A stretch of 36,359 nucleotides of DNA, from assembly GCA_031379565.1 (NCBI GenBank), contig JANNFH010000268.1, forward strand, positions 1-36,359. The letters run 5' to 3'. Shown here in pieces: positions 17,675 to 29,849 of the stretch. The DNA comes from Alphaproteobacteria bacterium (GTDB lineage: Bacteria; Pseudomonadota; Alphaproteobacteria; Caulobacterales; Aquidulcibacteraceae). Position 1 is the first letter of the stretch. The number at the start of each line of letters is the position of its first letter. The notes beneath the pieces are model-generated. The model did no database searches, was not told where the DNA came from, and was given only the letters and a program-made list of their open reading frames with translations. A program made the translations under genes and the position numbers.

Positions 17675-17896
17675 GCTCAGGGCAGCGATCTCATTTTGCC
17701 GCGCCTGGCCGACGTCATCGCCGAGCTTGACGGCGTCGAGGGCGCGCAGACGCACCGCTCGTGGTGGGTGGCGCGCGACGCGGTCGAGAGCGTCCGCCGC
17801 GACGGCGACAAGCTAATGCTCGTGCTCAAGAGCGGCGCCGTGGCGCCGGTGAGCCGCCCCAACATCCTGGCGTTGCGCGAAACGGGTTGGCTCTAA
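17675..17896 (+). pseudogene. 3' fragment of a LytTR DNA-binding domain gene
   Basis: GSDLILPRLADVIAELDGVEGAQTHRSWWVARDAV...PVSR...GWL is the C-terminal part of a LytTR domain. The upstream frame runs straight into the antisense of the DUF2306 gene, with no SD/start and no EDHY-type N-terminal half. Confidence 0.8.
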
Positions 17897-17911
17897 CACC
17901 CGCCTCCCGCA

Positions 17912-19327
17912 TCACTCCGCCCGGAGCGCCCAATCGGTCTCCGCGGCGAGATAGACGAAAACCGCCCAGGCGGCGACATTCTGGGCGAGCGCGTCCCGAT
18001 CAATCTTGTCCAACGTGTCATCGGGCGTGTGGTGGTAGTCGAAATAGTCCGAGCCATCCTGATTTAGGTCCACCAGCGGCATGCCCGCCTCTCCCAACGC
18101 GCCGACGTCGGCGCCGCCGGTAGCGGCATTGTTGCCTGGCAAAACGCCCAGCGGCGCCAGCGCGCGCTGCATGGCGCGGGCGTATGCCAGCGCGGGTTCG
18201 GAAAACCGCGTGCTGAACTGATAGATGCGCCCCGCGCCGAAATCGCTTTCGGCGCCGACGATGTGATTTTCCCCGGCGTGCGCAGCGGCATAGGCGCCGC
18301 CGCCGTGAATGCCGTTTTCTTCGGCGCCAGCAAGCAGAATGCGGATGGTGCGGCGAGGCCGGCGAGGCAAGTCTCGGATGAGCCGCGCGGCGGCGCTGAT
18401 GATGGCGACGCCCGCGCCATCATCGATGGCCCCCTGCCCTGAATCCCAGGAATCCAAATGCGCGGCCAACAACACGATTTCATCGGGCCGCTCGCGTCCG
18501 CGAATTTCGGCGATCACATTGCCCGATGGCGCATTCTCGCGAATGTCGGCTTCGATCACCATGCGCACGCGCACGGGCCCGCGTGAAACCAGGCGCGCGA
18601 GAACATCAGCATCGGCGGGTGAAACTGACATCGCCGGCAGCGATGCGCCATCTTGCTGGCGCGAGGCGCCGCCCTGGTGTGCGAAGCGGTGGGGATCAGT
18701 GCCGGCGGAGCGGATGATGCATCCCGCCGCGCCCTTGGCTTGCGCCACCGGGGCGCAGCGCCCGCGCTTCTGCACCGCAACGCCATAGCCCGAACCATCT
18801 TGTGTGCGCATCATCAGTTCGTCGATGAAGACGATGCGCCCGGCCACCGCGGCATTGGGCGCCGCCTCAAGCGCGCTCATGTTTGGAAAGCGGACGATCT
18901 CAGCTTCTAGCCCGCCGGCTGGCGTAGATGGCGAGCCGCCCAGCGCCACCGCCACCATCGGCCGCGCGCCCGGCGACACGATGAATGCTTGTTCGCGCAC
19001 CGCGTCCCAATAGGGGATCGTGAACGGCTCAACGCGCACGTTGGAAAAACCATTGGCGCGCAGCATGGCGACCGCCCATTCGCGCGCCCGCGCTTCGGCC
19101 TCAGATGCCGCCAGGCGCGGACCAATTTCAGTGGTGAGGCTTTCGATGATCTCGTAGGCGCGGTCGCTCTCCAGCGCCGCGGCGCTCAGCCGGTCCAGCG
19201 TGCGCTGCATTTCTGGCGCGATGGGCGCGGCCTCCAGCGCCGGCGCTTGTTGCGCGTTTGCAGGCGCCGCCAGCGCCAATGCGCCAAGCGCCCCGAAGAG
19301 CGCAACGGCGATCCCTTGTTTCCGCAT
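17912..19327 (-). CDS. Secreted M28 family metallopeptidase (carboxypeptidase Q-like, PA domain)
   Basis: Signal peptide APANA; zinc ligands AHLDSWD, GAIDDGAG, GAEE, ESD, YHHT. Confidence 0.9.
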   Translation of the reverse strand: MRKQGIAVALFGALGALALAAPANAQQAPALEAAPIAPEMQRTLDRLSAAALESDRAYEIIESLTTEIGPRLAASEAEARAREWAVAMLRANGFSNVRVEPFTIPYWDAVREQAFIVSPGARPMVAVALGGSPSTPAGGLEAEIVRFPNMSALEAAPNAAVAGRIVFIDELMMRTQDGSGYGVAVQKRGRCAPVAQAKGAAGCIIRSAGTDPHRFAHQGGASRQQDGASLPAMSVSPADADVLARLVSRGPVRVRMVIEADIRENAPSGNVIAEIRGRERPDEIVLLAAHLDSWDSGQGAIDDGAGVAIISAAARLIRDLPRRPRRTIRILLAGAEENGIHGGGAYAAAHAGENHIVGAESDFGAGRIYQFSTRFSEPALAYARAMQRALAPLGVLPGNNAATGGADVGALGEAGMPLVDLNQDGSDYFDYHHTPDDTLDKIDRDALAQNVAAWAVFVYLAAETDWALRAE

Positions 19328-19348
19328 GTCCCCAATTCCCCTTCGGCG

Positions 19349-20931
<1,583 letters not shown>

Positions 20932-21600
20932 TTACCGCTTGACGCAGATCAGCAGCCCATCGCCAATCGCAGTCATGGCGACATGGACGCGGTCGTCGGC
21001 GCGGGCTTTGTGCGCCAGCGCACGCAGCGCCACCGTGTCGGGCATTTTGTTGTCGGGGTCGGCCACTGCGCCGGACCAGAGCACGTTGTCGAACAGCATG
21101 ACGCCGCCCTTGCGCAAGAGCCGCAGGCCGCGCTCGTAATAGCCGTCGTAACCGGTCTTGTCGGCGTCGATGAAGCCGAAATCGTAGGTACCCTCTTCGC
21201 GAGCGGCGAGGCGGCGATCGAGCGTTTCAAGCGCCGGCGCGATGTTGAGATCGATGATGCCATCGACGCCCGCTTGGCGCCAGTAATCGCGCGCGGCGCC
21301 TGTCCAATCTTCGTTGATGTCGCAGGCGAGCAAATGTGCGTCGCGGTGGCAATCCTGCATCGTCAGCGCGACGGCAAGTGACGAATAGCCGGTAAAGACG
21401 CCAATCTCGAAGGCGCGCCTGGCGCCGATCATGCGCACGATGGTTTGCATGAACGCGCCCTGCTCGGCGCTGATCTGCATCATCGCCATCGGCATGAGCT
21501 GCGTTTCCTCTCGGCAACGCTTCAGCACCGGATGCTCGGGCGGATTGACCTCCGCGAGGTAGCGGACAATGTCAGGGCTTAGGCCGAGGGAGGAAGACAT
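20932..21600 (-). CDS. SAM-dependent O-methyltransferase (caffeoyl-CoA OMT-like)
   Basis: MQISAEQG, EIGVFTGYSSL, FIDADK, FDNVLWSG, IGDGL. Confidence 0.92.
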   Translation of the reverse strand: MSSSLGLSPDIVRYLAEVNPPEHPVLKRCREETQLMPMAMMQISAEQGAFMQTIVRMIGARRAFEIGVFTGYSSLAVALTMQDCHRDAHLLACDINEDWTGAARDYWRQAGVDGIIDLNIAPALETLDRRLAAREEGTYDFGFIDADKTGYDGYYERGLRLLRKGGVMLFDNVLWSGAVADPDNKMPDTVALRALAHKARADDRVHVAMTAIGDGLLICVKR

Positions 21601-21609
21601 CGTCTCTCT

Positions 21610-22833
21610 CTACGCCAAGCCGCGCAATTGCTCCACCAGATCGGGCCGCTCCCAAGTGAAGCCCCCTTCATTGTCGGGCTGGCGGCCGAAATGACCGTAG
21701 GCGGCGGTGCGGGCGTAGATCGGCCGGTTGAGCTTCAAATGCATGCGGATGGCGCGCGGCGTGCACCCGCCCACCATCTCAGGCAGCGCTGCTTCGAGCT
21801 TGGCGGGGTCAATTGTATCGGCGCCGTGCAGATCGACATAGAAGCTCGTCGGCTTGGCGACGCCAATGGCGTAGCTGATCTGGATGGTGCAGCGCTCGGC
21901 CAGACCGGCCGCGACCACGTTCTTCGCCAGATAGCGGCAGATGTAGGCTGCGGAGCGATCCACCTTGGTCGGGTCTTTGCCGGAAAAAGCGCCACCGCCA
22001 TGGGGCGCCGCGCCGCCATAGGTATCGACGATGATCTTGCGCCCGGTGATTCCGGCGTCGCCGTCCGGCCCACCGATTTCGAAGCGACCGGTGGGGTTGA
22101 CCATCCATTTGGTTTTCTTGGTGATCAAGCCATCGGGAAATACCGACGCCACGTAGGGTTTGATCAGCTCTTCCATTCGCTTGGGCGTATAGGCGTTTTC
22201 GCCGAGCTTTTTCTTGTGCTGGTGGCTGACGACAATGGCGACAACTTCGGCGGGCTTGCCGTTCTCATAGCGCAGCGTGACTTGGCTCTTGGCGTCGGGC
22301 TCCAGTTCGGGCCGTTCGCCAGAATGGCGCACCTCCGCAAGGCGCTTCAAAATATTGTGCGAGTATTGCAGCGTCGCCGGCATCAATTCCGGCGTTTCGC
22401 TGCAGGCGTGGCCGAACATGATGCCCTGATCGCCCGCGCCTTCATCCTTCTTGGAGCTGGCGTCCACGCCTTGCGCGATGTGCGCCGATTGGCCGTGGAG
22501 GTAGCAGGCGAATTTCGCCTTCTCCCAATGGAAGCCCCTTTGCTGGTAGCCAATCTCCTTCACCGCCGCCCGAACCTTGGCCTGGAGCGAAGCGATTATA
22601 TCCTTGGTGAACGCCTTGTTCTCGGCTTTCGAGGCGCCATTGGGTTTACCGGCCCGCACCTCGCCGGCAAGGACAATTCGGTTGGTGGTGACCAGCGTTT
22701 CGCAGGCCACCCGCGCTTCTGGATCAGCGGTGATGAACGCATCCACTACGGTGTCGGAAATGCGGTCTGCCACCTTGTCGGGGTGGCCCTCGGACACGCT
22801 TTCGCTGGTGAACACGTAAGAGCTTCTAGCCAC
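21610..22833 (-). CDS. metK: S-adenosylmethionine synthetase
   Basis: [33 protein letters not shown]. Confidence 0.98.
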   Translation of the reverse strand: MARSSYVFTSESVSEGHPDKVADRISDTVVDAFITADPEARVACETLVTTNRIVLAGEVRAGKPNGASKAENKAFTKDIIASLQAKVRAAVKEIGYQQRGFHWEKAKFACYLHGQSAHIAQGVDASSKKDEGAGDQGIMFGHACSETPELMPATLQYSHNILKRLAEVRHSGERPELEPDAKSQVTLRYENGKPAEVVAIVVSHQHKKKLGENAYTPKRMEELIKPYVASVFPDGLITKKTKWMVNPTGRFEIGGPDGDAGITGRKIIVDTYGGAAPHGGGAFSGKDPTKVDRSAAYICRYLAKNVVAAGLAERCTIQISYAIGVAKPTSFYVDLHGADTIDPAKLEAALPEMVGGCTPRAIRMHLKLNRPIYARTAAYGHFGRQPDNEGGFTWERPDLVEQLRGLA

Positions 22834-22866
22834 TCGGATTCTCCGTCTCGGCGCAAAACAGCCGTG

Positions 22867-22895
22867 GTCTTAGGTTTTCAGGCCGGCGGACGCAA
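22867..22895 (-). promoter_or_regulatory. Putative sigma70 promoter for metK (TTGCGT-N17-TAAGAC)
   Basis: Same architecture as the mdh and sucD candidates. Confidence 0.5.
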
Positions 22896-22906
22896 TCGCG
22901 TCTTAT

Positions 22907-23320
22907 TCAACGGCGGCCCGCCGGCTCGGCTTCCTCGGTCAGCGCCCTCACCAGATCAATCACCCGGCGACGCACCTTGGCGTTCTTGATCGACGCGAAC
23001 AGCGTCATCAGCTGAGCGCCCTCCGGCGTCGCCAACGCATCATGGATGAAGTCGTCCTCGGCTTCCGCGACGCCACCAGCGCGGGCTTGCGATATGCCGT
23101 CAAAAAAGCGCGCGATCGGCATTTCCAGGGCCGCGGAAATGGCGAACAGGCGGCTGGCCGCCATCCTGTTCACGCCCTTCTCGTATTTTTGCACCTGCTG
23201 GAAAGTGACCCCAAGCAGTTCGGCGAGCTTCTCCTGGCTCAAACCGATTTCGAGCCGCCGCGTGCGGACGCGCTGCCCCAAACGTCTGTCAACCGCGTTG
23301 GCTGACCGCTCATCATTCAT
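22907..23320 (-). CDS. XRE-family HTH transcriptional regulator
   Basis: LSQEKLAELLGVTFQQVQKYEKGVNR; ATGA overlap with lnt; usual lnt-HTH-metK position. Confidence 0.92.
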   Translation of the reverse strand: MNDERSANAVDRRLGQRVRTRRLEIGLSQEKLAELLGVTFQQVQKYEKGVNRMAASRLFAISAALEMPIARFFDGISQARAGGVAEAEDDFIHDALATPEGAQLMTLFASIKNAKVRRRVIDLVRALTEEAEPAGRR

Positions 23321-24981
23321 GATCTGAAACCCCTGCCGAAGCTTCCGGCCGGCCAAAATCGTAGCCCGGTAACTGCAATTACAAGGCTAGGTAATAGCAA
23401 GAAACCCCACGCCGCAAACGGGGTTTCGCCTAAAGCGTGCGGCAATTGAGCCTCCGCGTAGCCTCCGCTCCTATGGGTGGAGCGCACGGCGCGGCCAAAC
23501 GAATCAACAATCGCCGAAATCCCCCCAGAGGCCGCCCGCGCCATGGGCAGGCCCTCTTCTATCGAGCGGTAGCGCGCCATCGCGTAGTGCTGCCACGGGC
23601 CCGTGCCATCGCCGAACCATGCGTCATTGGTGAGGCTAACAATCCAGCCAGGACGGTCGGCGCCGCGTGGAACCATGCCGGGAAAGATGGCTTCGTAACA
23701 GATTAGCACGATCGCCGGCGCCGCCTCCGGCACCACCAGACGCGTCGGCGGCGCGCCGGCCTCAAAGCCCGCGCCAATGCGTTGCAGCGGCGCGATGTTG
23801 AGGCGGCTGATCAGCGACCAAAGCGGGATGAATTCTCCAAACGGCACCAGCCGGTGCTTGTCGTAAACCTGTTGGCTAAGCCGGGCCTGCCCGCCAACGC
23901 CGTCAATGACGGTTGCGGAATTGAAGAGCCGCAAAGCGTTGGGATCACCCTGCCCCCGCATGAAAGCGTCGCACAAGGGCTTGGGCTCGCAGCGCGAGAG
24001 CCCCGTGATCAGCGCCCGGTCGCCCAGCCCGCGGCCAATGGCGGCGAGAAATTCCGGATTGTCGAGCATGAAGAAATTGAGCGTCGGTATGGCGCCTTCT
24101 GGCCACACCACGATCGAGGCGCGGCTGTCCTCAGGCGCGCCGCTCGCTTCAAGGTAACGCGCCAAGACGCGCCATTCCTGGTCCGGCGCATAGCGCCACT
24201 TGGCCGCCTGGCTCAGGCCAGAATCGGTGACGCGCACAACCGGCTGAGCACCCGGCGGATCGACCGGCGCCGCGGCAAGGCGCTGCGCCCCCCACCCCCA
24301 CGCCATGCCGGCGATGAGCGCAAATGCCAGGGTGGGCGCGAAACGCCGGCCCGCGGAAGACTGCCCGTCAGCTATTGTCGCCGGCGCCGCCGCGACCAAC
24401 AACGTGATCAGTGACAAACCGTAAATGCCGACCACAGAGGCCAGTTGCGAGATAGGTTCTCCGGGCGTCCACACGTAGCCCGGCAACAGCCAGGGCAGTC
24501 CGCCGAACAAATGCCCGCGCAGCCATTCGGAGGCGAACAGCGCGACCGCAAACACGGGAACGCGGCGCATATCGCGCGTCCAGAACAGGGCCGCCAGCGC
24601 GCAGCCCGCGCCCCAAAACAGCGCCAATCCGCCGGCCAAAGCGAGCGTCGCCGGCACGCCCCAAAGCGGCCCCCAAGCGGCGCTGTCCACATTGAAGGCC
24701 GAGCTGATCCAATAGAGCCCCGTCGCCAAATGGCCGAGCCCAAACCACCAACCGACCGCAAATGCCGAGGCGGCGCGCTTGGGCTGCGCAGCCGCCACGT
24801 CCAACAGCCAAACCAGCGCGACAATGGCCAAAATATACGCCGGCGCCGCCTGGAACGGCGCATGCCCAAGCGTGGCCAGCCCGCCAGCCAGTAGCGCCAG
24901 ACCGCGGCGCTGCCATCGCGTCCTCGCCTCGAGCCATATCTGAATGCGCGATGAGGCTGGATCAGCCTGAGCTGCGTTCAA
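23317..24981 (-). CDS. lnt: Apolipoprotein N-acyltransferase
   Basis: N-terminal TMs; nitrilase triad WPEGA, YDKHRLVPFGE, ICYE; TNDAWF; TTG start behind AGGAG. Confidence 0.95.
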   Translation of the reverse strand: MNAAQADPASSRIQIWLEARTRWQRRGLALLAGGLATLGHAPFQAAPAYILAIVALVWLLDVAAAQPKRAASAFAVGWWFGLGHLATGLYWISSAFNVDSAAWGPLWGVPATLALAGGLALFWGAGCALAALFWTRDMRRVPVFAVALFASEWLRGHLFGGLPWLLPGYVWTPGEPISQLASVVGIYGLSLITLLVAAAPATIADGQSSAGRRFAPTLAFALIAGMAWGWGAQRLAAAPVDPPGAQPVVRVTDSGLSQAAKWRYAPDQEWRVLARYLEASGAPEDSRASIVVWPEGAIPTLNFFMLDNPEFLAAIGRGLGDRALITGLSRCEPKPLCDAFMRGQGDPNALRLFNSATVIDGVGGQARLSQQVYDKHRLVPFGEFIPLWSLISRLNIAPLQRIGAGFEAGAPPTRLVVPEAAPAIVLICYEAIFPGMVPRGADRPGWIVSLTNDAWFGDGTGPWQHYAMARYRSIEEGLPMARAASGGISAIVDSFGRAVRSTHRSGGYAEAQLPHALGETPFAAWGFLLLPSLVIAVTGLRFWPAGSFGRGFRS

Positions 24982-25050
24982 TTGAGAGCTCCTATCATCG
25001 CGCCCGGCATCTCATCGGTTTGGACAGCCCTCTGTGCGCCGCGTCAACAA

Positions 25051-26013
25051 TCAAGCTTTTCGCGCGCGCGCCTTTTCGACACGTGACGCAGCGATAACCT
25101 CGGCTGACGGCTTTGGCGCGTCAGCCGCGCGCTTGATCCGCACGCGCTTAACGCGCCGCGGGTCGGCGTCGATAATTTCGACGTCGAAACCGGCTGGATG
25201 GCGCAGGATTTCGCCGCGCTGAGGCAAGCGGCCAGCCAGCGCGACGGCGAGCCCCGCCACCGTATCGAATTCATCCTCGTGCTCGGGGAGCGCCAAGCTG
25301 ACACCGAGCATATCCTGGAGTTTTTCGATGTCAGCGCGGCCATCGGCCTCGAGTGCGCCGGCGGGGCGCTCTTGAATCAAAGTTGAATCGACGTCGTGTT
25401 CATCGTCGATGTCGCCGACAATCTGCTCGACCAGATCTTCCATCGAAACCAGGCCATCGGTGCCGCCGTATTCATCGACAACCAGAGCTAGATGAATGCG
25501 GCTCGATTGCATCTTCAAGAACAGCGTCGAGAGCGTCATGGATGGCGGCACGAACAGGATTTCGCGCTTGATGCGCGCCAACGAGCGATCTGAAAACTTG
25601 GCCCGCCCCTCCCCTGATTCATTGGGCGCGATCAGGGCCATCACGTCTCGCACGTGCACAAAACCTTGCGGATCATCGAGCGTCTCGCCGTACACCGGTA
25701 TGCGCGAGTGCTGGCTGTCGGCGAACAGGCGCGCGGCTTCGGCAAGCGATGCGGAAACTTCGATGCCGACAATATCCGCGCGCGGCCGCATCACATCAGC
25801 GACCCTGAGCCGATCGAATCGGGCGGCGCGCAGGATCATGTCCTTGTGCGCGCCTTGCAGCAATTCGCCGCTTTCCTCGCTCACCCGGAGCGCTTCCTCG
25901 ACGACATCGGCAGCCGCACCCTCGCTCGGCTTGATCAAACGGCGCGTGACACGCTTGAACCAGCCCGAGCGTTTTCGAGATGGGGGCTCACCTTCTTCTG
26001 GCAGGTCGTTCAT
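25051..26013 (-). CDS. corC: CBS-pair/CorC_HlyC protein (CorC/YbeX-like)
   Basis: VADVMRPR, HSRIPVY, VVDEYGGTDGLVSMEDLVEQIVGDIDDEHD; located between ybeY and lnt. Confidence 0.88.
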   Translation of the reverse strand: MNDLPEEGEPPSRKRSGWFKRVTRRLIKPSEGAAADVVEEALRVSEESGELLQGAHKDMILRAARFDRLRVADVMRPRADIVGIEVSASLAEAARLFADSQHSRIPVYGETLDDPQGFVHVRDVMALIAPNESGEGRAKFSDRSLARIKREILFVPPSMTLSTLFLKMQSSRIHLALVVDEYGGTDGLVSMEDLVEQIVGDIDDEHDVDSTLIQERPAGALEADGRADIEKLQDMLGVSLALPEHEDEFDTVAGLAVALAGRLPQRGEILRHPAGFDVEIIDADPRRVKRVRIKRAADAPKPSAEVIAASRVEKARARKA

Positions 26014-26043
26014 AATTGCCGTGTCGCACTCCTCTGGCCCGCT

Positions 26044-26487
26044 TCAGGCATAGGGATCATCTATCCCCAAAGAGGCGAGAATGGCCCGCTCGCGCAGCTC
26101 CATCGCCTCGGCCTCGTCCGGCTTTTCGTGATCATAGCCCAAAAGGTGGAGAAAGCCGTGCACCGCCAGATGAGCGGCGTGGTGTTCAAATCGTTTACCT
26201 TGAAATTCAGCCTCCGCGGCAATGGTTTCCGCCGCCAGAGCGATATCACCCAGGAATTCCGGATCGATCCGCGGGGCCGGAAACGACAGCACGTTGGTGG
26301 GCCCCTCCTTGCCGCGCCATTGCTTGTTCAGCGCCGACACCGCCGAATCATCGCCCAAAAGCAGCGAGACGACCCCTTTTTTTTCTTCATGCCGGGCAGC
26401 CGCCGCAAGCGCGTGGGCAAGGCCCTCCTCATGCCCGCGCCACATTGGGCTTCCGGCTAGAATATCGACCTCGAGATCTTCAGCCAC
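26044..26487 (-). CDS. ybeY: rRNA maturation RNase YbeY
   Basis: LNKQWRGKEGPTNVLSF, HLAVHGFLHLLGYDH; GTG 26487 overlaps the phoH stop. Confidence 0.95.
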   Translation of the reverse strand: MAEDLEVDILAGSPMWRGHEEGLAHALAAAARHEEKKGVVSLLLGDDSAVSALNKQWRGKEGPTNVLSFPAPRIDPEFLGDIALAAETIAAEAEFQGKRFEHHAAHLAVHGFLHLLGYDHEKPDEAEAMELRERAILASLGIDDPYA

Positions 26488-27487
26488 GCCCGCCCTCGTC
26501 GCGATGATAGGCTTCGATGATGTGCGCGACCAAGCGGTGGCGCACCACGTCCTGAGAAGCAAAGCGGATGATTTCGACGCCGGGCAAATCTTCCAAAATT
26601 GTCACCGCATGCGCCAGTCCGGATTGATCAATTCGCACCAGATCGATCTGCGAGGGATCGCCGGTGACGACCATGCGCGAGCCTTCGCCCAGACGCGTCA
26701 GCACCATCTTCATCTGCAGGATTGTGGCGTTTTGCGCTTCATCGACAATGACGAAGGCGTTCGTCAGCGTGCGCCCGCGCATGAAAGCGAGCGGTGCGAC
26801 CTCGATCTGCTTGCGCTCGCGGCGCGCTTTGAGATCGTTTTCGCTCATCTGGCTGCGGAAAGCGTCCCAGATCGGCTGCAAATAGGGATCGACCTTCTCG
26901 GCCAGATCGCCAGGCAGGTAGCCCAGCTTCTCGCCCGCCTCCACCGCGGGGCGCGTGACGATAATGCGATCGAACCGCTCTTGCTTCAGCGCTTCAACGG
27001 CGGCGGCGACGGCAAGGAAAGTCTTGCCCGTGCCCGCCGGGCCGACGCCAAAAACGAGATTGAAATTCTCGTCGCGCAGCGCTTCGACGTAATGCACTTG
27101 CCGCGGCGTGCGCAACGTCAAGCCGCCAAGCAACGTCAACGGCGCGCCGGAATCATTCGCGCCTTCCGAAAACGAGATTGCCGCCAGCACGTCGCCCTCG
27201 CGAATGCGTCCTTTGCGCCGCAGCAGATCGGCCAATGCATCAACGATGCGCTGCACGCGCTCGACATCGGCAACGCCGCCGGCGCGCGCGCGGACGGTCA
27301 GCTGGTCTCCCTGGGCGTCGAGGGTCAGCCGGTAGGCTGGCGCCCCCCTCGGCGCGCTCGGATCGCGAAACACCTCTTGGATATGGGCGAGGTGGCGGTG
27401 CAGCGGGCCAAAAATCGCCTGCGCGGCGCCGCTGTCGGCGAGCTTGATGACGCGTTCGATTTCGCCGTCGCGGCGCGCGTTGCTCAT
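26480..27487 (-). CDS. phoH: PhoH-like ATPase (YbeZ)
   Basis: [34 protein letters not shown]; ATGA overlap with miaB. Confidence 0.95.
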   Translation of the reverse strand: MSNARRDGEIERVIKLADSGAAQAIFGPLHRHLAHIQEVFRDPSAPRGAPAYRLTLDAQGDQLTVRARAGGVADVERVQRIVDALADLLRRKGRIREGDVLAAISFSEGANDSGAPLTLLGGLTLRTPRQVHYVEALRDENFNLVFGVGPAGTGKTFLAVAAAVEALKQERFDRIIVTRPAVEAGEKLGYLPGDLAEKVDPYLQPIWDAFRSQMSENDLKARRERKQIEVAPLAFMRGRTLTNAFVIVDEAQNATILQMKMVLTRLGEGSRMVVTGDPSQIDLVRIDQSGLAHAVTILEDLPGVEIIRFASQDVVRHRLVAHIIEAYHRDEGGRG

Positions 27488-28851
27488 GCGACCTCCGCCG
27501 CGCACAGCGCGCGGGCGCCGGTCAGCGAGTTTTGCGCCGCCGCTTGGATGCGCACATCAACGATCTCGCCCGCGCGGGTCTGGTCATCCATGAAATGCAC
27601 GCCTTGCAAATAAGGCGACCTTCCTTGCTTCTGGCCCTGCTTGCGGCCAGCGCCGGCGACGAGAATGGGCAAGACACGCCCCACTTGCGCGCGATTGAAC
27701 GCGGCCTGCTGATCGGACAGGAGCGCCAGCAACCGCGTCAGGCGCTCCGTCTTCACGGCCTCATCGACCTGCCCGGGCATCGACGCCGCTGGCGTTCCAG
27801 GACGCGGCGAATATTTGAACGAATACGCCGCCGCAAAGCCGACATCGCGGACCAATTGAAGCGTCGCTTCGAAATCTGTTTCGGTCTCGCCTGGAAAACC
27901 GGCGATGAAATCAGATGACAGCGCGATGTCTGGCCGAGCCGCCCGCAAACGCGCCACCACATCGCGATAGAAGGCGCCGTCGTGCTTCCGGTTCATCGCC
28001 TTCAGCACCCGGTCCGACCCTGATTGCACCGGCAAATGCAGGAACGGCATGAGCTTGGGCTCTTCACCGTGCAGCGCGATCAGATCGTCGCTCATCTCAG
28101 CGGGGTGTGAGGTCATGTAGCGCAGCCGGGCGATACCGCTGATTTGAGCCAAGGCGCGCAGCAGATCGGCAAAACGCGCCGCCCCGCGTGCGCCTTCGCC
28201 ATGATAGGCGTTGACGTTTTGCCCGAGCAGGGTCAGTTCGCGCACGCCTTGGCTGGCAAGCGCCTGCGCCTCGGCCAGCACGTCCTTCAGCGGCCGAGAA
28301 TATTCCGCGCCGCGCGTATAGGGCACGACGCAGAAGGTGCAGAATTTGTCGCAACCTTCCTGGATCGACACGAAAGCCGTGACGCCATCCGGCGCGCGCG
28401 CGGGCAAAGCGTCAAACTTTTCCTGCGGCGTGAAATCGGTGGCAAGCCGCTGGCCGCTCTTGCGCGCGGCGCGGGCGACCAGCTCGGGCAGCCTGTGATA
28501 CGCTTGCGGCCCGACGACCAGATCGACTTCAGGCGCTCTGGCGATGATCTCCGCGCCTTCCGCCTGTGCGACGCAGCCCGCGACCGCGATGGTCATCCCC
28601 TTGCCTTCGGCAGCGCGCCGTTCTTTGTGCGCCCGCAACCTGCCGATTTCAGAATAGACTTTTTCTGTCGCCTTCTCGCGGATGTGGCAGGTGTTGAGCA
28701 CGACCAGATCAGCGTCGTCGGGCTTATCGGTTGGCGCGTAGCCGAGCGGCGCCAGCACGTCGCGCATGCGCTCGGAATCATAGACGTTCATCTGGCAGCC
28801 ATAGGTCGCGATGAAGAGCCGCTTGGGCTCGTTTCGTCCTTGGTCGGCCAT
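27484..28851 (-). CDS. miaB: tRNA-2-methylthio-N6-dimethylallyladenosine synthase
   Basis: [20 protein letters not shown], radical [12 protein letters not shown]-terminal TRAM region. Confidence 0.96.
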   Translation of the reverse strand: MADQGRNEPKRLFIATYGCQMNVYDSERMRDVLAPLGYAPTDKPDDADLVVLNTCHIREKATEKVYSEIGRLRAHKERRAAEGKGMTIAVAGCVAQAEGAEIIARAPEVDLVVGPQAYHRLPELVARAARKSGQRLATDFTPQEKFDALPARAPDGVTAFVSIQEGCDKFCTFCVVPYTRGAEYSRPLKDVLAEAQALASQGVRELTLLGQNVNAYHGEGARGAARFADLLRALAQISGIARLRYMTSHPAEMSDDLIALHGEEPKLMPFLHLPVQSGSDRVLKAMNRKHDGAFYRDVVARLRAARPDIALSSDFIAGFPGETETDFEATLQLVRDVGFAAAYSFKYSPRPGTPAASMPGQVDEAVKTERLTRLLALLSDQQAAFNRAQVGRVLPILVAGAGRKQGQKQGRSPYLQGVHFMDDQTRAGEIVDVRIQAAAQNSLTGARALCAAEVA

Positions 28852-28885
28852 GTTCCGTCTCTGGGGGCGCGCGCCCGGGAAGTTC

Positions 28886-28914
28886 GATCTAGGCGCACGG
28901 CGGCTTTACGTCCA
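28886..28914 (-). promoter_or_regulatory. Putative promoter for miaB operon (TGGACG-N17-TAGATC)
   Basis: 17-nt spacer, alphaproteobacterial-type -10. Confidence 0.4.
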
Positions 28915-28923
28915 GCGCGGACG

Positions 28924-29352
28924 CTAGCGTTTGGCCGGCTTTGCCTTTTCGTCGAGGGGCAAGCCGTACAATTCCAGCCGATGATCGACCAATTTGTAGC
29001 CAAGGCGACGCGCGATCTCATGCTGCAGCCGCTCGATCTCGGGGTCGACGAATTCGATCACTTTGCCGGACTTCATATCGATAAGATGATCATGGTGGGT
29101 TTCGGGGGTCTCTTCATAGCGTGAACGACCGTCGCGAAAATCATGGCGTTCCAGAATGCCGGATTCCTCGAACAGGCGCACGGTGCGGTAAACGGTGGCG
29201 ATGGATATGCCGGCATCGACAGCGGCGGCGCGCCGATGCAATTCCTCGACGTCCGGGTGGTCCTGGCTAACCGAGATGACGCGCGCGATGACCCTGCGCT
29301 GCTCGGTCATGCGCATGCCTTTCTCGACGCAAAGCTTTTCGATTCGGTCCAT
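28924..29352 (-). CDS. fur: Fur/Mur family transcriptional regulator
   Basis: MRMTEQRRVI, DHPDVEEL, ISIATVYRT, HHDHLID; SD GAGGT before ATG 29352. Confidence 0.93.
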   Translation of the reverse strand: MDRIEKLCVEKGMRMTEQRRVIARVISVSQDHPDVEELHRRAAAVDAGISIATVYRTVRLFEESGILERHDFRDGRSRYEETPETHHDHLIDMKSGKVIEFVDPEIERLQHEIARRLGYKLVDHRLELYGLPLDEKAKPAKR

Positions 29353-29399
29353 CTTTACCTCGGCGCCGTGATAGCGTGCACGGGCGCTAGCTGTCACCT

Positions 29400-29849
29400 T
29401 CAAACCCCCGGTCGAGGCAGGTCGCGCTTCAGCACCAGCGCATCAACCGAACCGCCTTCTCCAGCATAATAGGCACCGCGTCGGCCAGCTTCCGTGTAGC
29501 CGAGTTTGGCGTACAGCGCGCGCGCGGCGAAATTGGTTTCCGCGACCTCCAGATGCATGCTGGCGGCGCCCCGCACCAAAGCCGCGGCGCCTGCTGCGGC
29601 GACGAGTGAGGCGCCAACACCTCTACGCCGCGCTTCGGGAATGACCGCCAGTGTTAAGATCTCCGAATCGCCCGCCACCGCCCAAGCCATTAAGAACCCA
29701 GTGGGCTCTGGCTCGCGGGAGAGGATTGCGAACACCGCCGAATTGTCCAGGAGCTTGGCGATTTCCACTGCGCTCCATGGTTTCGGAAACGCCGCCGCGT
29801 GCAGCCGCGCTAACACACCCACGGCCTCCGCGTCCGCTGCTTCGATCAC
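29400..29849 (-). CDS. rimI: RimI-like GNAT acetyltransferase
   Basis: EILTLAV..ARRRGVG, LEVAETN, RRGAYY; GTGA overlap with tsaB. Confidence 0.85.
   Translation of the reverse strand: MIEAADAEAVGVLARLHAAAFPKPWSAVEIAKLLDNSAVFAILSREPEPTGFLMAWAVAGDSEILTLAVIPEARRRGVGASLVAAAGAAALVRGAASMHLEVAETNFAARALYAKLGYTEAGRRGAYYAGEGGSVDALVLKRDLPRPGV

Noticed and set aside
22834-22906. SAM or SAM-SAH riboswitch upstream of metK
   Set aside because: The short gap is largely taken by a promoter candidate; no recognisable aptamer consensus.
21628-22989. Long plus-strand ORFs opposite metK (also 7260-8348, 26222-27613, 29955-31505, 34739-35884 and others)
   Set aside because: Shadow ORFs expected in high-GC DNA opposite well-conserved genes; no motifs or SD.
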